From a virus (lineage: Duplodnaviria > Caudoviricetes): DNA of 60,895 nt. Shown here one piece after another: positions 1-9,517 of the stretch. The notes below the pieces were generated by a model, which saw nothing but the letters and a program-made list of their open reading frames with translations, made no database searches and was not told the DNA's origin. The translations under genes were made by a program, and so were the position numbers. How positions within the stretch are numbered: position 1 is the first letter of the stretch; each line of letters starts with the position of its first letter. The stretch lies in IMG/VR virus record IMGVR_UViG_3300049432_000039, positions 1 to 60,895 of that record. One strand, written 5' to 3'.

Positions 1-17
1 GGGGCCCGCCGCCCCCC

Positions 18-143
18 CCGGCGGGGGGTCGTCGCACTGGGAGGTCGTGCTGCTGGACGGTGAGCCCGTCACGCTCGATGGTTCATGGCTGTACATGGAA
101 GTTTTGGACTGATGAGGAGGCGTGCTCGTGGCAACCCTGGCTG
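18..143. repeat. Terminal direct repeat (126 bp), left copy; circular genome or assembly overlap
   Basis: Identical to 60770-60895; the first 17 nt of the window are a noisy version of 60753-60769. Confidence 0.95.
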
Positions 144-1741
144 AGGCGATTATGCGCGGGCTGCTGGCCGACCGCCCGGCATTTGGGTCGGCCGGACGGC
201 TCTACTACGCGACCGACGAGCTGATCCTGTACCGCGACTCTGGGGCCGCCTGGCAGGTCGTCGGGACCGGGCTCGCCTTCGATGACGGGGCGACACCGGC
301 CGCCCTGGCCGGCTCGGCCGCCACCGGCGACGACGTCTACCCCGCCCGGAGGGACCACGTCCACTTGGACCCGGTCGTCGCGCACGCGGCGGCCGGCAAC
401 CCCCACCCAACCTACACCACCGACGCCGAGGCCGGCACGATCGCCGATGCGTCCGTTGCCACCCATGCCGGGCTCTCCGATCCGCACACGGGGTACGTCC
501 TGGAGTCGTTACTGGACGCCAAGGGCGACCTGATCGCGGCCAGTGCCGACAACACCCCGGGCAAGCTTGGGGTTGGCACCAACGGTCACGTGTTGACCGC
601 TGATTCTGGTGAAACGCTCGGTGTGAAGTGGGCGGCAGCCAGCGGTGGGGCAGCGCTGACCGTTCAGGAGGTCGACGGCACCCCCATCGACACCGCTGTC
701 ACGATTATCCGGGTCACCAATGGCAAACTGACCGACAACGGCGCGGGAGACGTGACCCTCGACCTGAGCGGCGGCGGCGCGGCGTTCGACGACGGGGCGA
801 CGCCCTCGGCGCTGGCAGGGGCAGCCGCCACGGGCGACGACATCTACGCCGCGAGACGGGATCACGTCCACCTCGATCCGGTTGTGGCGCATGCGGCTGC
901 CGCCGACCCCCACACAGGCTACTTGCTCGAATCGCTGGTTGACGCCAAGGGCGACATCCTGGCGGCGACCGCCAACGACACCCCCGCCCGACTGGCGGTC
1001 GGAGCCAACGGACTCGTCCTGACCGCCGACTCCGGCGAGACGACCGGCCTCAAGTGGGCGGCCGGCGCCGGTGGCGAGGCGACCGACATCGACGTCTCAG
1101 ACTCAGCGCTCACGACCACCGAGGGCAAGATCCTCTGGCGGACCACCCGCAAGGTGCTCGATCTCTACGACGGCAGCCGTGAGCGGGCGATGTCGGCGGT
1201 CGGGTTCGCGCCGGTCGCCTTTGTGCATGGCTTCAACGCCCAGACCTCGGCCTCGGCCACGACCAACCTGGCCGCTGTCGGCGGGACGTTCCTGGTCGCG
1301 ATGCACGTCCCCACCCATATGCTGCTGCGGTCGCTGACCTGGCGCAACGCCGATACGACGCTGGCCCGGTCGATGGAATGGGCGCTCTATGAGGACCGCA
1401 ACAACGCTGCGAACGCGATCGACGCAATCACTGGAGCTGCCGGCTCGGCGTCGTGGACGGCGGCGGCTGCCGCAATCCGGGTGGAGGCCGCGACGGGGGC
1501 GCCGGTGTACCTGGGGCCGGGCCTGTACTGGCTCGCGATCAGGAACACCCATGCCACGAACACGCTCGGGATCTCGACGGTGGCGACCGGCATCCTGGCG
1601 GCGCAGATCAGCCAGACCAAGACCCTCGGCTCGGCCTTGGGCAGCACCCTCGATATCGTGGCGGCGACCTGGAGCAAAGGCACTACCGCGCCGGTCGTAG
1701 AGCTCCACGGCTCGATCGCGGGCCAGAGCACGGTGTTCTAA
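128..1741 (+). CDS. Tail fibre / receptor-binding protein with internal repeats
   Basis: GAGGAGG at 114-120 favours GTG at 128; duplicated [24 protein letters not shown] and ESL.DAKGD..A..D.TP.RL.VG.NG.VLTADS modules; follows the last tail gene across the circle junction. Confidence 0.75.
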   Translation: MATLAEAIMRGLLADRPAFGSAGRLYYATDELILYRDSGAAWQVVGTGLAFDDGATPAALAGSAATGDDVYPARRDHVHLDPVVAHAAAGNPHPTYTTDAEAGTIADASVATHAGLSDPHTGYVLESLLDAKGDLIAASADNTPGKLGVGTNGHVLTADSGETLGVKWAAASGGAALTVQEVDGTPIDTAVTIIRVTNGKLTDNGAGDVTLDLSGGGAAFDDGATPSALAGAAATGDDIYAARRDHVHLDPVVAHAAAADPHTGYLLESLVDAKGDILAATANDTPARLAVGANGLVLTADSGETTGLKWAAGAGGEATDIDVSDSALTTTEGKILWRTTRKVLDLYDGSRERAMSAVGFAPVAFVHGFNAQTSASATTNLAAVGGTFLVAMHVPTHMLLRSLTWRNADTTLARSMEWALYEDRNNAANAIDAITGAAGSASWTAAAAAIRVEAATGAPVYLGPGLYWLAIRNTHATNTLGISTVATGILAAQISQTKTLGSALGSTLDIVAATWSKGTTAPVVELHGSIAGQSTVF

Positions 1742-1813
1742 GGAAACCCATGATGATCGGGGGATGCGCGGCGGGGGATCGGGGGCAGCACCCGTTCACG
1801 AAAAGTCGGTCCG

Positions 1814-2374
1814 ATGCTCCTCTCACGACTCTCGATGAGGAAACTCCACCAGATGACAAACTTCCGCGTTGCCGTCCTGGCGACGATTGCGTTTCTCGCG
1901 GCACTGATCGCCCTCGTGGGTGCAGTAGCGGCAATCTTCGTGTCCTCGGACCGCGGCATGACGATCGTCTCCGTCGTCATCACGGGGCTACTGTCGTTGC
2001 TGCCCACCGTCATCGTCTACCTCAAGACCGATGCGATTGAGAGCAAGGTAGACGCTGCTGCCGATACGGCTATCACAGCAGCCAGACACGCGGCCCGAGC
2101 TGAGCGGAAGATCGACACCGTGCAGGAGTTCGTGGAGAACGGGGGGCTACGGCGCAACGTCGTGGGCGCCATCAAGGAGGCCGGCGATGACCCCGAGATC
2201 CGACGTCGGCGCATCGAGACAATCGCTGAGGGGGTGAAGGAGGACCGTCACGAGACGGGGAGCCGAGAGGCCGCCGCCTACGCGCGTGGTGTGGCTGACG
2301 CGATGAAACGGTGGGGTGGTGAGCACGGGGAGCCGGTAGAGGGAGAGGACGCAGATGACCAACGAGACGCTTGA
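1814..2374 (+). CDS. Membrane protein with two hydrophobic helices (holin-like)
   Basis: Two long hydrophobic segments; located in the lysis region; start codon uncertain. Confidence 0.55.
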   Translation: MLLSRLSMRKLHQMTNFRVAVLATIAFLAALIALVGAVAAIFVSSDRGMTIVSVVITGLLSLLPTVIVYLKTDAIESKVDAAADTAITAARHAARAERKIDTVQEFVENGGLRRNVVGAIKEAGDDPEIRRRRIETIAEGVKEDRHETGSREAAAYARGVADAMKRWGGEHGEPVEGEDADDQRDA

Positions 2375-2693
2375 CCTGACACTGAAGGCCGTCATCGCAT
2401 TGGCTACTGTGGTGGCCGCGCTGCTCGGCGTGCTGAACAACCGCGCTATCAAGGCCAATACGTCGGCCGTGCAGAAGGTGGAAGTCAACCTTGACGGACG
2501 CCTGAGCCAACTCCTGGAGCAGACGGCGCACGCCTCCCGCGCTGAGGGCCGCGACTCCATGCGCGCGGGTGACGGACTCGACGCGGGGTCTATCGGCCCG
2601 GCTGGACCGGCTGGTATCCAAGGCCCCGTAGGACCACAGGGTCAGGTGGGGCCGGCGGGCGTCCAGGGCGCCACTGGTGAGCACTCGTTGTGA
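2355..2693 (+). CDS. Membrane protein with short collagen-like (Gly-X-Y) tail
   Basis: N-terminal TM segment; GPAGPAGIQGPVGPQGQVGPAGVQG; GGAGAGG RBS. Confidence 0.6.
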   Translation: MTNETLDLTLKAVIALATVVAALLGVLNNRAIKANTSAVQKVEVNLDGRLSQLLEQTAHASRAEGRDSMRAGDGLDAGSIGPAGPAGIQGPVGPQGQVGPAGVQGATGEHSL

Positions 2694-2885
2694 ATGCCCT
2701 GAGCCTGCTCGACGGCTTGGCAGAGAACGTCAAGCGCCTCCACTCGGTCGCGTTGGCCCGCCTCCAGCGCCTGATGGAGCCCCGAAAGATGAGGGCGACA
2801 GCGTGACGAGATGGCTGCTTGGACCCGGGTTGTTGCTGCTGATCCTCCTGTGGGTCGCTTTCGTGGTGTGGTGGATTACGCCGTC

Positions 2886-3089
2886 ATGAACAAGATCCTG
2901 AGCACCCGAACGCAACTCATTATCTCGTGGGTTTTGCTGATCGGTTCCATCGTGGGATGGCCCGTCACGTCGTTGACCATCTTTGCTACTGAACCGCAGG
3001 GGATTCTGGGGCTCAGTTGGTTCGCGATCATCCTTGGCGCCTTCAACACGATCGTGACCGCCACAGTCAACGATGAGGTGACTCCATGA
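2886..3089 (+). CDS. Small two-TM membrane protein (holin candidate)
   Basis: Hydrophobic 67-aa ORF with ATGA coupling. Confidence 0.55.
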   Translation: MNKILSTRTQLIISWVLLIGSIVGWPVTSLTIFATEPQGILGLSWFAIILGAFNTIVTATVNDEVTP

Positions 3090-3109
3090 TAAACCTGCGT
3101 ATCGTCACC
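3086..3109 (+). pseudogene. Stranded N-terminus (MINLRIVT) of the 3478-3783 gene
   Basis: ATG overlaps the upstream stop; resembles MVNLRIIS at 3478. Confidence 0.6.
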
Positions 3110-3118
3110 GCTGCGCGC

Positions 3119-3388
3119 TCATGTTCGGCGCGCAATGATGTGGCTGACCGTTGCCTGCGTAATGCCGTATTCAGAAGCAAGGCGGCGCTGCGTGATACCG
3201 CCGACCGAGCGCTTCAGGCAACCACACGACCGCGCACGGCCATGCTTCAAGGCCGATCCCTCGGCGGATCGAGTTGCCCCACAATCGCACTGACACAACC
3301 AGTACGCAGGGACAGTTGGGTCTTTTTCCAGAACGACCAGTCGGCCAAAACGCTGGCCCGGTTCGAAGCTGATAAGATTCGCTCGCAT
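3119..3388 (-). pseudogene. Internally deleted HNH-type homing endonuclease (N-terminal Cys domain and C-terminal HTH, no nuclease core)
   Basis: GQRFGRL..WLCQCDCG..SCGC joined directly to TQRRLASEYGITQATVSHI; ends RRT* where the paralogues read RRETW or GESW. Confidence 0.7.
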
Positions 3389-3459
3389 CGAGCCACACCT
3401 CGGTGTCGCCCCAGCGTGTTAGTCGCACGACTGGGGCATTCTTCTGCTCAGATTATACC
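3389..3459 (-). promoter_or_regulatory. HNH leader 1: TATAAT promoter, bulged hairpin and RBS
   Basis: GGTATAAT..AGAAT GCCCCAG T CGTG CGACTAA CACG CTGGGGC GACACCGAGGTGTGGCTCG ATG. Confidence 0.7.
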
Positions 3460-3477
3460 ACCCACTCGGAGGGCGGC

Positions 3478-3783
3478 ATGGTGAACCTTCGCATCATCTC
3501 CATCGCTGTAGCCGTCTGTCTGGGGATGCTCGGGGCTATCCAGCTCGCCTCGCCTGAGTCGCTCGGCATCTCGGCTGTTGCAGCTCGCTGGCTCGGGATC
3601 ATAGCCACAGGTCTGGGCATCCTTGCCGGCTTCCTGCCGAGAGTGCAGGGGCCCTCTGCCAATCCTGAGACCCTGGCCGACCGCGTCTGGGCACTGCCAG
3701 AAGATGAGCGGCAGCAGGTTGCCACTGATCTCGCGGCACGTGCTGAGCGCGCAGCTAGAGGGGTGAGCGTTCCGCATGGCTGA
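3478..3783 (+). CDS. Holin-like two-TM protein
   Basis: GGAGGG RBS; two TM segments; directly upstream of the endolysin. Confidence 0.6.
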   Translation: MVNLRIISIAVAVCLGMLGAIQLASPESLGISAVAARWLGIIATGLGILAGFLPRVQGPSANPETLADRVWALPEDERQQVATDLAARAERAARGVSVPHG

Positions 3784-4831
3784 TCCGAAGACCCGCGCCG
3801 AAGTCATCGCTATCAGCAACACGGTTGCCGACGAGTTCCGCATCCCTCGGCTACTCCTACTCGCGTGCGGCATTGCCGAGGGTAATCTGGTCTGGAACGC
3901 ACGACGGCCAACCAGCGCCGCTCAGGACGCCGCGTTCTGGCCTGACGTGTCGGGAGGACCGTGGCAGCAGACCGTCAGATACGACCCCGACTATCACGGC
4001 GGGAGCGCGTATCCTGGCCCCGGTGAGGTTGCCCGGGTACTGGAGCTCCAGTACGACACGCAACGATCGGCACAACTAGCTGCCGGCCAACTCAAAGCAA
4101 AGTGGAACGGGCAGCAAACCGACGACGAAATGCTGAAAGCGATGTTTTTGTACAACTGGCCGGCGGGTGGCGGCAAGCCGTACACGCCGGCCCACGAGGC
4201 CAACTACAAGCGTGGCCTGACCGAAGCATGGGCCATCCTGGGAGCGACTCCTATGCCGACGATCAAGCTCTCCGACGTGCTCGCCCGTGGCCGCTCACGC
4301 ATCGGTGACCTGTACGTCTGGGATGGCGAGGTACCCGGCGGCTTTGACTGTAGCGGGTTCATCCGCTGGACTTACAACGGCGCCCTGACATCGTTTACGG
4401 ACTCGATCCTGGGGGAGACTGAACGGGTCGAGAAGCCAGCACCCGGCGACATCGTGCTCTACGAGTACCAGGATGCGAGCCAGCCGGGCGTCAGATTCCC
4501 GCACGTCGGCCTGTTCCTGTCCGACACGAAGACGCTGGATGCCAGGTTCGGCGCCGGCGTGGGCGAGCACGACCAGCTCTCCCGATCCACGGCGACGCGC
4601 TACTACCGCCGGATGCCGGGCGTCATCGTGGACACGGCCGGCGCGCCACCCCCACCATCGCCGCCACCTGACGAGCTGGCGACCCTCCGCGCCGAGAACG
4701 AACGCTTGAAGACTGTGCTCGGGTACGCGAGTCAAGATATCGGCGCCGCGCTCCAGAAGGAGGCCGATGCCATCGTCGCTCAGGTCGGCGCGCTGACCGC
4801 CGCCATCAACACACTACGGAGCCAGAAATGA
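3776..4831 (+). CDS. Endolysin: lysozyme-like N-terminal domain plus NlpC/P60 peptidase
   Basis: GFDCSG..PGDIV..HVGL NlpC/P60 motifs; IAE..SGGPWQQ lysozyme-like motif. Confidence 0.8.
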   Translation: MADPKTRAEVIAISNTVADEFRIPRLLLLACGIAEGNLVWNARRPTSAAQDAAFWPDVSGGPWQQTVRYDPDYHGGSAYPGPGEVARVLELQYDTQRSAQLAAGQLKAKWNGQQTDDEMLKAMFLYNWPAGGGKPYTPAHEANYKRGLTEAWAILGATPMPTIKLSDVLARGRSRIGDLYVWDGEVPGGFDCSGFIRWTYNGALTSFTDSILGETERVEKPAPGDIVLYEYQDASQPGVRFPHVGLFLSDTKTLDARFGAGVGEHDQLSRSTATRYYRRMPGVIVDTAGAPPPPSPPPDELATLRAENERLKTVLGYASQDIGAALQKEADAIVAQVGALTAAINTLRSQK

Positions 4832-5000
4832 CCGTTCTGACGATCACCGTTGACGAGATCCCGGATGTCGAGACGCGCTGCCGCCTCAAGGCTAGTCTGG
4901 CCACCGTCTACCGTGCGATTACGGGGACGGACGCAGATGTGGGAGTCGATATAGTCCCGTCACGCTGACCCCCGCGCTCCCGGCTCAGGCGGGGTGAGGG

Positions 5001-5303
5001 TTAGCGGTCCTCGTACTGGTGACACTCGATGACCCACTCCAGCACATCGGGGCGGACCGCGATCATCCGATACGGGGCAATCGAGGAAGGCATGCGCCTG
5101 GGGAAGAACCGCGTCGCCTCCTGATTCTCTCCGTGTTGTATCCAGAAGCCGTCACGTTCGATGTCATCCCAGGAGAAGACCTTGCAGCCGCACTCGATGC
5201 AGAATGACGATAGCGGCTGATGATAGAAATCCTGCGCGCCAATGGTGATCTTCACCGCGCCGGGATGCTTGTGTGGCACCCGCTCGTCGTCGTGCGTGGT
5301 CAT
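5001..5303 (-). CDS. Hypothetical protein
   Basis: GGAGG RBS, ATGA coupling. Confidence 0.55.
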   Translation of the reverse strand: MTTHDDERVPHKHPGAVKITIGAQDFYHQPLSSFCIECGCKVFSWDDIERDGFWIQHGENQEATRFFPRRMPSSIAPYRMIAVRPDVLEWVIECHQYEDR

Positions 5304-5722
5304 CCTCCTGCCCCAGGATCGACGGTCACCGCCGTCGCCGTGTGTGACTTGAAGTGCTCAGCAGCCGTTGAGTCCTCGACGCACTCTGGGCAGACCGCTG
5401 GTGCGCTAGGCGACGGTGGGGCGGCGGCACGGTCGGCGGCGGCGAGGGCGGCATCAATGGCTGCGTTGTGCTTCACGGCGACGCAATTACACTGTGCATC
5501 TGCATAGTCTTCGGGATAGTCACTGTCCTCGCGCTGAGCGATGGGGCAGTCGAAATAGGGGTCACCCAGAACTCGAAAGTGTGGAATCCGCGCTGTTTCG
5601 AGCGCTGCTATCAAGACTGGCACAGCGCTCGCCACAGTCACGACATCGTCCTCGAAGTCGAGGAGCGATCCTTCGTTGCTCAGCAAGCGCTCTGCCGATG
5701 CTCTAACATCTTCCATGCTCAC
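5300..5722 (-). CDS. Hypothetical protein
   Basis: Its GTGA start is the TCAC insertion target of the adjacent IS element. Confidence 0.6.
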   Translation of the reverse strand: MSMEDVRASAERLLSNEGSLLDFEDDVVTVASAVPVLIAALETARIPHFRVLGDPYFDCPIAQREDSDYPEDYADAQCNCVAVKHNAAIDAALAAADRAAAPPSPSAPAVCPECVEDSTAAEHFKSHTATAVTVDPGAGG

Positions 5723-6103
5723 AGAAATCGTCCCAGGAAGCTGCCTGCTTTAGCTGGCAGAGGAATGGGACAGCCGATCTTGGATCGGCCCCGGATTGAG
5801 AACCGAGAATCAACCGCCACTCGGTACAATGAAAGGGATGAGTCCAAAGGCACCCACTGGGTCAAACAGTTAGGACTCAGCACCTTGACAACCAAATCTT
5901 GACGGTTGCTGGCAGGACTCTTTGCCAGCGTAAAAGGTTTGAAGCGGGGTCGGAGCATGTCTCTGGCCTGTCCTTCGGAGTAGCCTCGGGGCTACATGCT
6001 GGGGCGTCAGTCAATGCGCCTATGGTTGGGGTCGTTGATGTTGGAGATCGAAGCCCAACGGAGATCACTGACAAGCTGCCTGCTTTAGCTGGCAGTCGTT
6101 GAC
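5723..6103 (+). mobile_element. Non-autonomous IS200/IS605-family element (381 bp, no tnpA/tnpB) retaining the TnpB-type right end
   Basis: Follows TCAC; subterminal hairpin AAGCTGCCTGCTTTAGCTGGCAG at both ends; ends TTGAC; tnpB-like C-terminal remnant ASVNAPMVG; removal restores a GTGA stop/start overlap. Confidence 0.75.
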
Positions 6104-6342
6104 TCTCTCCTCTCGCGCCTCTCCCACTCCCTCCGCGCTCGGCGGTAGGCGTCGCAGCGGATGCACATACCACCAGCGGCGCTGAGTGGACAGGGGACGC
6201 CACTCGATCTGGCGTAGCACTCGCCGTAATCAACCCGACGCGGCGGCTGATTAGGATCACGGTATATCCGTTGTTCGTTCATCGTCTCACAGACCACCCG
6301 TCCCAGGAAGCTGCCTGCTTTAGCTGGCAGTCGTTGACTCAT
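6085..6342 (-). CDS. Small Cys-containing hypothetical protein modified at both ends by IS-derived sequence
   Basis: GGGAGG RBS; without the elements it reads MSETMNEQRIY...RRE*. Confidence 0.55.
   Translation of the reverse strand: MSQRLPAKAGSFLGRVVCETMNEQRIYRDPNQPPRRVDYGECYARSSGVPCPLSAAGGMCIRCDAYRRARREWERRERRESTTAS
6291..6338 (+). mobile_element. 48-bp collapsed IS605-type mini element (left and right ends fused through one hairpin), inserted in frame
   Basis: TCAC|AGACCACCCGTCCCAGGAAGCTGCCTGCTTTAGCTGGCAGTCGTTGAC. Confidence 0.75.
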
Positions 6343-6401
6343 CGTTTCCTCCCTGCCCGCCTCGCGTCGTGCCGCTCAGGCGGCGTGGTTGGTGGTGGTG
6401 G

Positions 6402-6590
6402 TCAACCGTTCCAGTCGTCACCGTTCCGAAGGCGACGCTCAACATCGTTCAGTAGATTGACGGCGTTTTGGACTTGCTGCGCGCTCACGCGCCATCCATC
6501 CTCTCGAAGCTCGTGTGCATCGGTACTGAGGCGCGTAGCCATATCGGAGAGGCGGTTGGCGAGTCGTCGAGCGGACATGATCTCTGGCAT
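6402..6590 (-). CDS. Hypothetical protein
   Basis: Member of a leftward small-gene operon. Confidence 0.5.
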   Translation of the reverse strand: MPEIMSARRLANRLSDMATRLSTDAHELREDGWRVSAQQVQNAVNLLNDVERRLRNGDDWNG

Positions 6591-6641
6591 GCGTTCTCAT
6601 CCCCTCGTGCCCGCCGCCAGTGATGGCGGCGTGGTCAGTCG

Positions 6642-6809
6642 TCAGTCGTCGGATTCTGGCTTATACGGGTCCAGCAACGCGGCGTGCGTCGGGCAGAAGT
6701 CGTCGTTGTCGATGTTGATCCCCCAATCAGCGGGAGGACCGTCCCCCTCGTCGGTCTCGACTTTGGCATCACAGCGATGACCGTCGCAGTACCAGATCTC
6801 TTTCATGCT
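6642..6809 (-). CDS. Small Cys-rich (Zn-finger-like) protein
   Basis: CDGHRC..GW-like..DFCPTH; resembles 8909-9121. Confidence 0.55.
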   Translation of the reverse strand, partial: SMKEIWYCDGHRCDAKVETDEGDGPPADWGINIDNDDFCPTHAALLDPYKPESDD

Positions 6810-6868
6810 CATGGTGCTCTCCTCCATGCTCGCTCAGCGCCGGCCGTGCCTGCCGGACGGGTGGTGGG

Positions 6869-7072
6869 TCATTGTCCGAAAGTCTGGACTCGCTTTGCCC
6901 CACAGATGGGGAGTTCTGTAGTCGAGCCGAGAGCGATCGTCACGCCGTATTCGGCCTTGCAACCGTATTCGCAAATCAGCAGCAGTTCTCCGTCATTGCT
7001 GAGATACATCAGGCTCATCGGCTTATCGCAATGCGGGCAGACCATGCTGTTCCGTTGCTCAAGTTTCTGCAT
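6869..7072 (-). CDS. Small Cys-rich protein
   Basis: CPHC..CEYGC; GAGGA RBS. Confidence 0.5.
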   Translation of the reverse strand: MQKLEQRNSMVCPHCDKPMSLMYLSNDGELLLICEYGCKAEYGVTIALGSTTELPICGAKRVQTFGQ

Positions 7073-7351
7073 CTTCTCGCTCTCTTCCTCGTGCCGTTCG
7101 CCACGGATGATCTAGGCCAACGATTCGTGTAGCAAACTCCACAAGCCCTCTGGACGGGTGCCTGTGATCGAGGCACTGGAGGATGGCGTCTACGGTGGAA
7201 GAATCGCCGCGTCTCTCAGCAAGCATCGCGAGTCGTTCTACGACGGCGATGTCCTCGCGATTCCAGCACGGGATACACAGGCCGCGTACAACCGTCCAGT
7301 CCCGAAGGGCGCAGGACCGGCAGGGCTCAGGATTCTCGGCCGCTAGCGCGC

Positions 7352-7549
7352 TCATCGAGCGCGCCCGACCGTGGTCCAGGAGATGTACTCGGCCTCGACG
7401 TAGTGGCCAGTTGCGATGCCGAGTTGTGCGTCTAGCATGTTCATCCTGACCCAACGGAGCCGCGAGCACATGAATGACGAGCGGTACGCTATTGGCTTGC
7501 CGTTCTTGTCGGTCGTGAACGCTACTGCGGTGCCCTGTCGCCATTCCAT
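7352..7549 (-). CDS. Hypothetical protein, first gene of the leftward operon
   Basis: AGGAG RBS downstream of a leftward promoter. Confidence 0.55.
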   Translation of the reverse strand: MEWRQGTAVAFTTDKNGKPIAYRSSFMCSRLRWVRMNMLDAQLGIATGHYVEAEYISWTTVGRAR

Positions 7550-7595
7550 GTCCGTCTCCTGTGCGCCGTGGTGCTTCGTTGTCTGCTCTGAGGTA

Positions 7596-7679
7596 ATCTT
7601 ATCAGTTCTTGTAGTTACTGTCAAGCGTTTTCAGGCAGGAATTTGACGAATATTAGAAAGTCATGTATGATCTTGTAGT
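7596..7679. promoter_or_regulatory. Divergent sigma70-like promoters
   Basis: Minus strand TTGACA-17-TAAGAT; plus strand TTGACG-17-TATGAT; TCTTGTAGT repeated. Confidence 0.65.
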
Positions 7680-7686
7680 CGGAGGC

Positions 7687-7869
7687 ATGATGGAGGGTGA
7701 ACGCATGTACACGGTGCCGGAGGTGGCCGAGCGGCTCCGTCTGCACCAGCAGACCATCCGCGAATGGCTACGGATCGGGAAGATCAAGGGCATCCGTCTG
7801 GGCGGGACGAAGGCCGGCTGGCGCATCCCGGATAACGAGATCGCGCGATTGTTACGGGGTGAAGAATGA
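7687..7869 (+). CDS. Excisionase-type HTH DNA-binding protein
   Basis: YTVPEVAERLRLHQQTIREWLRIGKIKG..WRI. Confidence 0.8.
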   Translation: MMEGERMYTVPEVAERLRLHQQTIREWLRIGKIKGIRLGGTKAGWRIPDNEIARLLRGEE

Positions 7870-8192
7870 CGGCCGGCGTCTACGCGATCAGGAACCGTGC
7901 AACCGGCAAAGTCTATGTCGGGACGTCGCTTGATATACCCACCAGGGTGCGCGGCCACCTATCAATGCTCAAGACCGGCTGGCACCACAACAGACGGCTT
8001 CAAGAGGATTGGGTCGCATTCGGGGCGTCGGCTTTCTCATTCTGCCTCTTGAATGCTACGTCTGCTGATGCAGACCTGATCGCAGCGGAGCGGCACTGGA
8101 TCGAAGTCTTACGGGCTCGCACGGGCGGGCTCTATAACATGATGTCACCCAGGGGCGGCCCGCGTGAAGCTCGACGCCGCAACTCCCGATGA
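7866..8192 (+). CDS. GIY-YIG nuclease
   Basis: GVYAIRN..KVYVG..R..H..E..LYN. Confidence 0.8.
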   Translation: MTAGVYAIRNRATGKVYVGTSLDIPTRVRGHLSMLKTGWHHNRRLQEDWVAFGASAFSFCLLNATSADADLIAAERHWIEVLRARTGGLYNMMSPRGGPREARRRNSR

Positions 8193-8415
8193 TGGATGCA
8201 GAGACGTTCAAGGACATGCGATTCCGTCTCCAGATGAGCCAGACGACGCTCGCCAAGGCGCTCGGGGTTCATCCGTGACGGTCAACAAGTGGGAACACGG
8301 CGTGCGACCTATCACACGGGTCGTAGAGCTGGCGATGTGGGGACTCATCTTCTTTGACGAACGCGATCCCAGTCGCCGCCGCCCGCCATCGCCAGCCGCG
8401 CAGGAGGGGCCGTGA
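8189..8415 (+). pseudogene. XRE-type HTH gene with an apparent 1-nt frameshift near 8273
   Basis: MSQTTLAKALGVHP continues as VTVNKWEHG in another frame. Confidence 0.6.
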
Positions 8416-8708
8416 TGAGCGATCAATCCGACTATGCCGCCTACCTCATGCGTCACCTGGGGAAGTGCGTCGTCACCATCACGTTTGCGGGAATGGGGGT
8501 AGGATGGTTTGCTGCTGATATGCTCCGCTTCAGCGAGACGGGACAGTCCTACCTTCATCCGTGGTTGGCGTTCGTGATCCTGCTTGCTTGCGTGGGGCTG
8601 TTATTTATCGCAATGACAGCCGTCTACCAAGTCCAGGTCAACGTTGGCCAGATCGAGGCCCGCACGGCCCAGGCCGCTACGACGACGACGGAGGGCGAGG
8701 ATAGGTGA
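8412..8708 (+). CDS. Two-TM membrane protein
   Basis: Hydrophobic segments, GTGA coupling. Confidence 0.55.
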   Translation: MMSDQSDYAAYLMRHLGKCVVTITFAGMGVGWFAADMLRFSETGQSYLHPWLAFVILLACVGLLFIAMTAVYQVQVNVGQIEARTAQAATTTTEGEDR

Positions 8709-8908
8709 GCAAGAGCCACCGCGATAATCATTCCGCGCGCGTGAAGCGAGGACCGTCGGCTTTTGCTAAGAAGGCTCGGCGCCGTGCCCCCCCCGTCTGG
8801 TTATCTGTAACCTCTGTGGCACTCATGCTCGCCCAAAACTGATTGAGAGTGGTCTTTGTGAACGATGTAGACATCAAGCCGCGCTAGCGGTCGGAGGGGA
8901 GAGAGGGA

Positions 8909-9121
8909 ATGAGTGAGTACAGCACGCTGCGGTGCGATGGTGGATGCGGCGTGGAGATCACCGAGCTAGGGTGGGCGCGCGTAGAGTTGCCCGCCGGCTG
9001 GACTCGGCATCCGTACGAGGTCGAGGATTATTGCCCCGGCTGTTCGGCCGACGATGACGCCCCAACCACGGCCACGGAGCAGGACCAGGCCCGCGCCGCT
9101 GCACAGCCTGGGGGCGAATGA
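8909..9121 (+). CDS. Small Cys-rich protein
   Basis: CDGGC..GW..DYCPGC. Confidence 0.55.
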   Translation: MSEYSTLRCDGGCGVEITELGWARVELPAGWTRHPYEVEDYCPGCSADDDAPTTATEQDQARAAAQPGGE

Positions 9122-9517
9122 TGCGTGAGACGTATCTGGTCACCGGAGTCGTCCCCGCTGACGGGAGATGCTCGGTCTGCACTGGCGCGGGTACACGCTG
9201 GCTCTGGCCTCCGCGTGGGCCAGTCTTGCGATACTGCGCTGATTGCCTGGACCGACTCAGGGCTACCGACCTGGCCGCTGGACAAGGACATCTGTGGCAG
9301 CAGCAGCCAGCCGCGCAGACTGTGGAGGTGACGGATGGCACCTAGAGGCGAGCAAATCCCCAACAATCAGCGATGCCGGCACTGGTTTACCCCGTTTCGT
9401 CGTTGTGCTCGCTATGTCGCAGTGCTCAATGGTGTCATCGTAAATGGCTATTGCCGGTACCACCGCGAGCCCCGTGCAGCACAGGCCGCGCAGGCGAAGG
9501 ACGGCGAGGGATGAGCC

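Noticed and set aside
1-17. Distinct terminal sequence
   Set aside because: It looks like a low-quality read end matching 60753-60769.
128-1741. Diversity-generating retroelement acting on the tail fibre
   Set aside because: No reverse transcriptase was found, and the repeat differences are not adenine-specific.
5835-5882. Hammerhead ribozyme inside the IS element
   Set aside because: GATGAGTCC..GGAC is present, but the CUGA and GAAA core nucleotides are missing.
5731-6338. Three copies of AAGCTGCCTGCTTTAGCTGGCAG as a CRISPR or TIGR array
   Set aside because: Spacing is irregular and hundreds of bases long, no cas or Nop-domain gene was recognised, and IS605-type ends explain the copies.
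7866-8192. GIY-YIG gene as a fifth terminus-replacing cassette
   Set aside because: No duplicated terminus or leader hairpin was seen; it is coupled normally to its neighbours.
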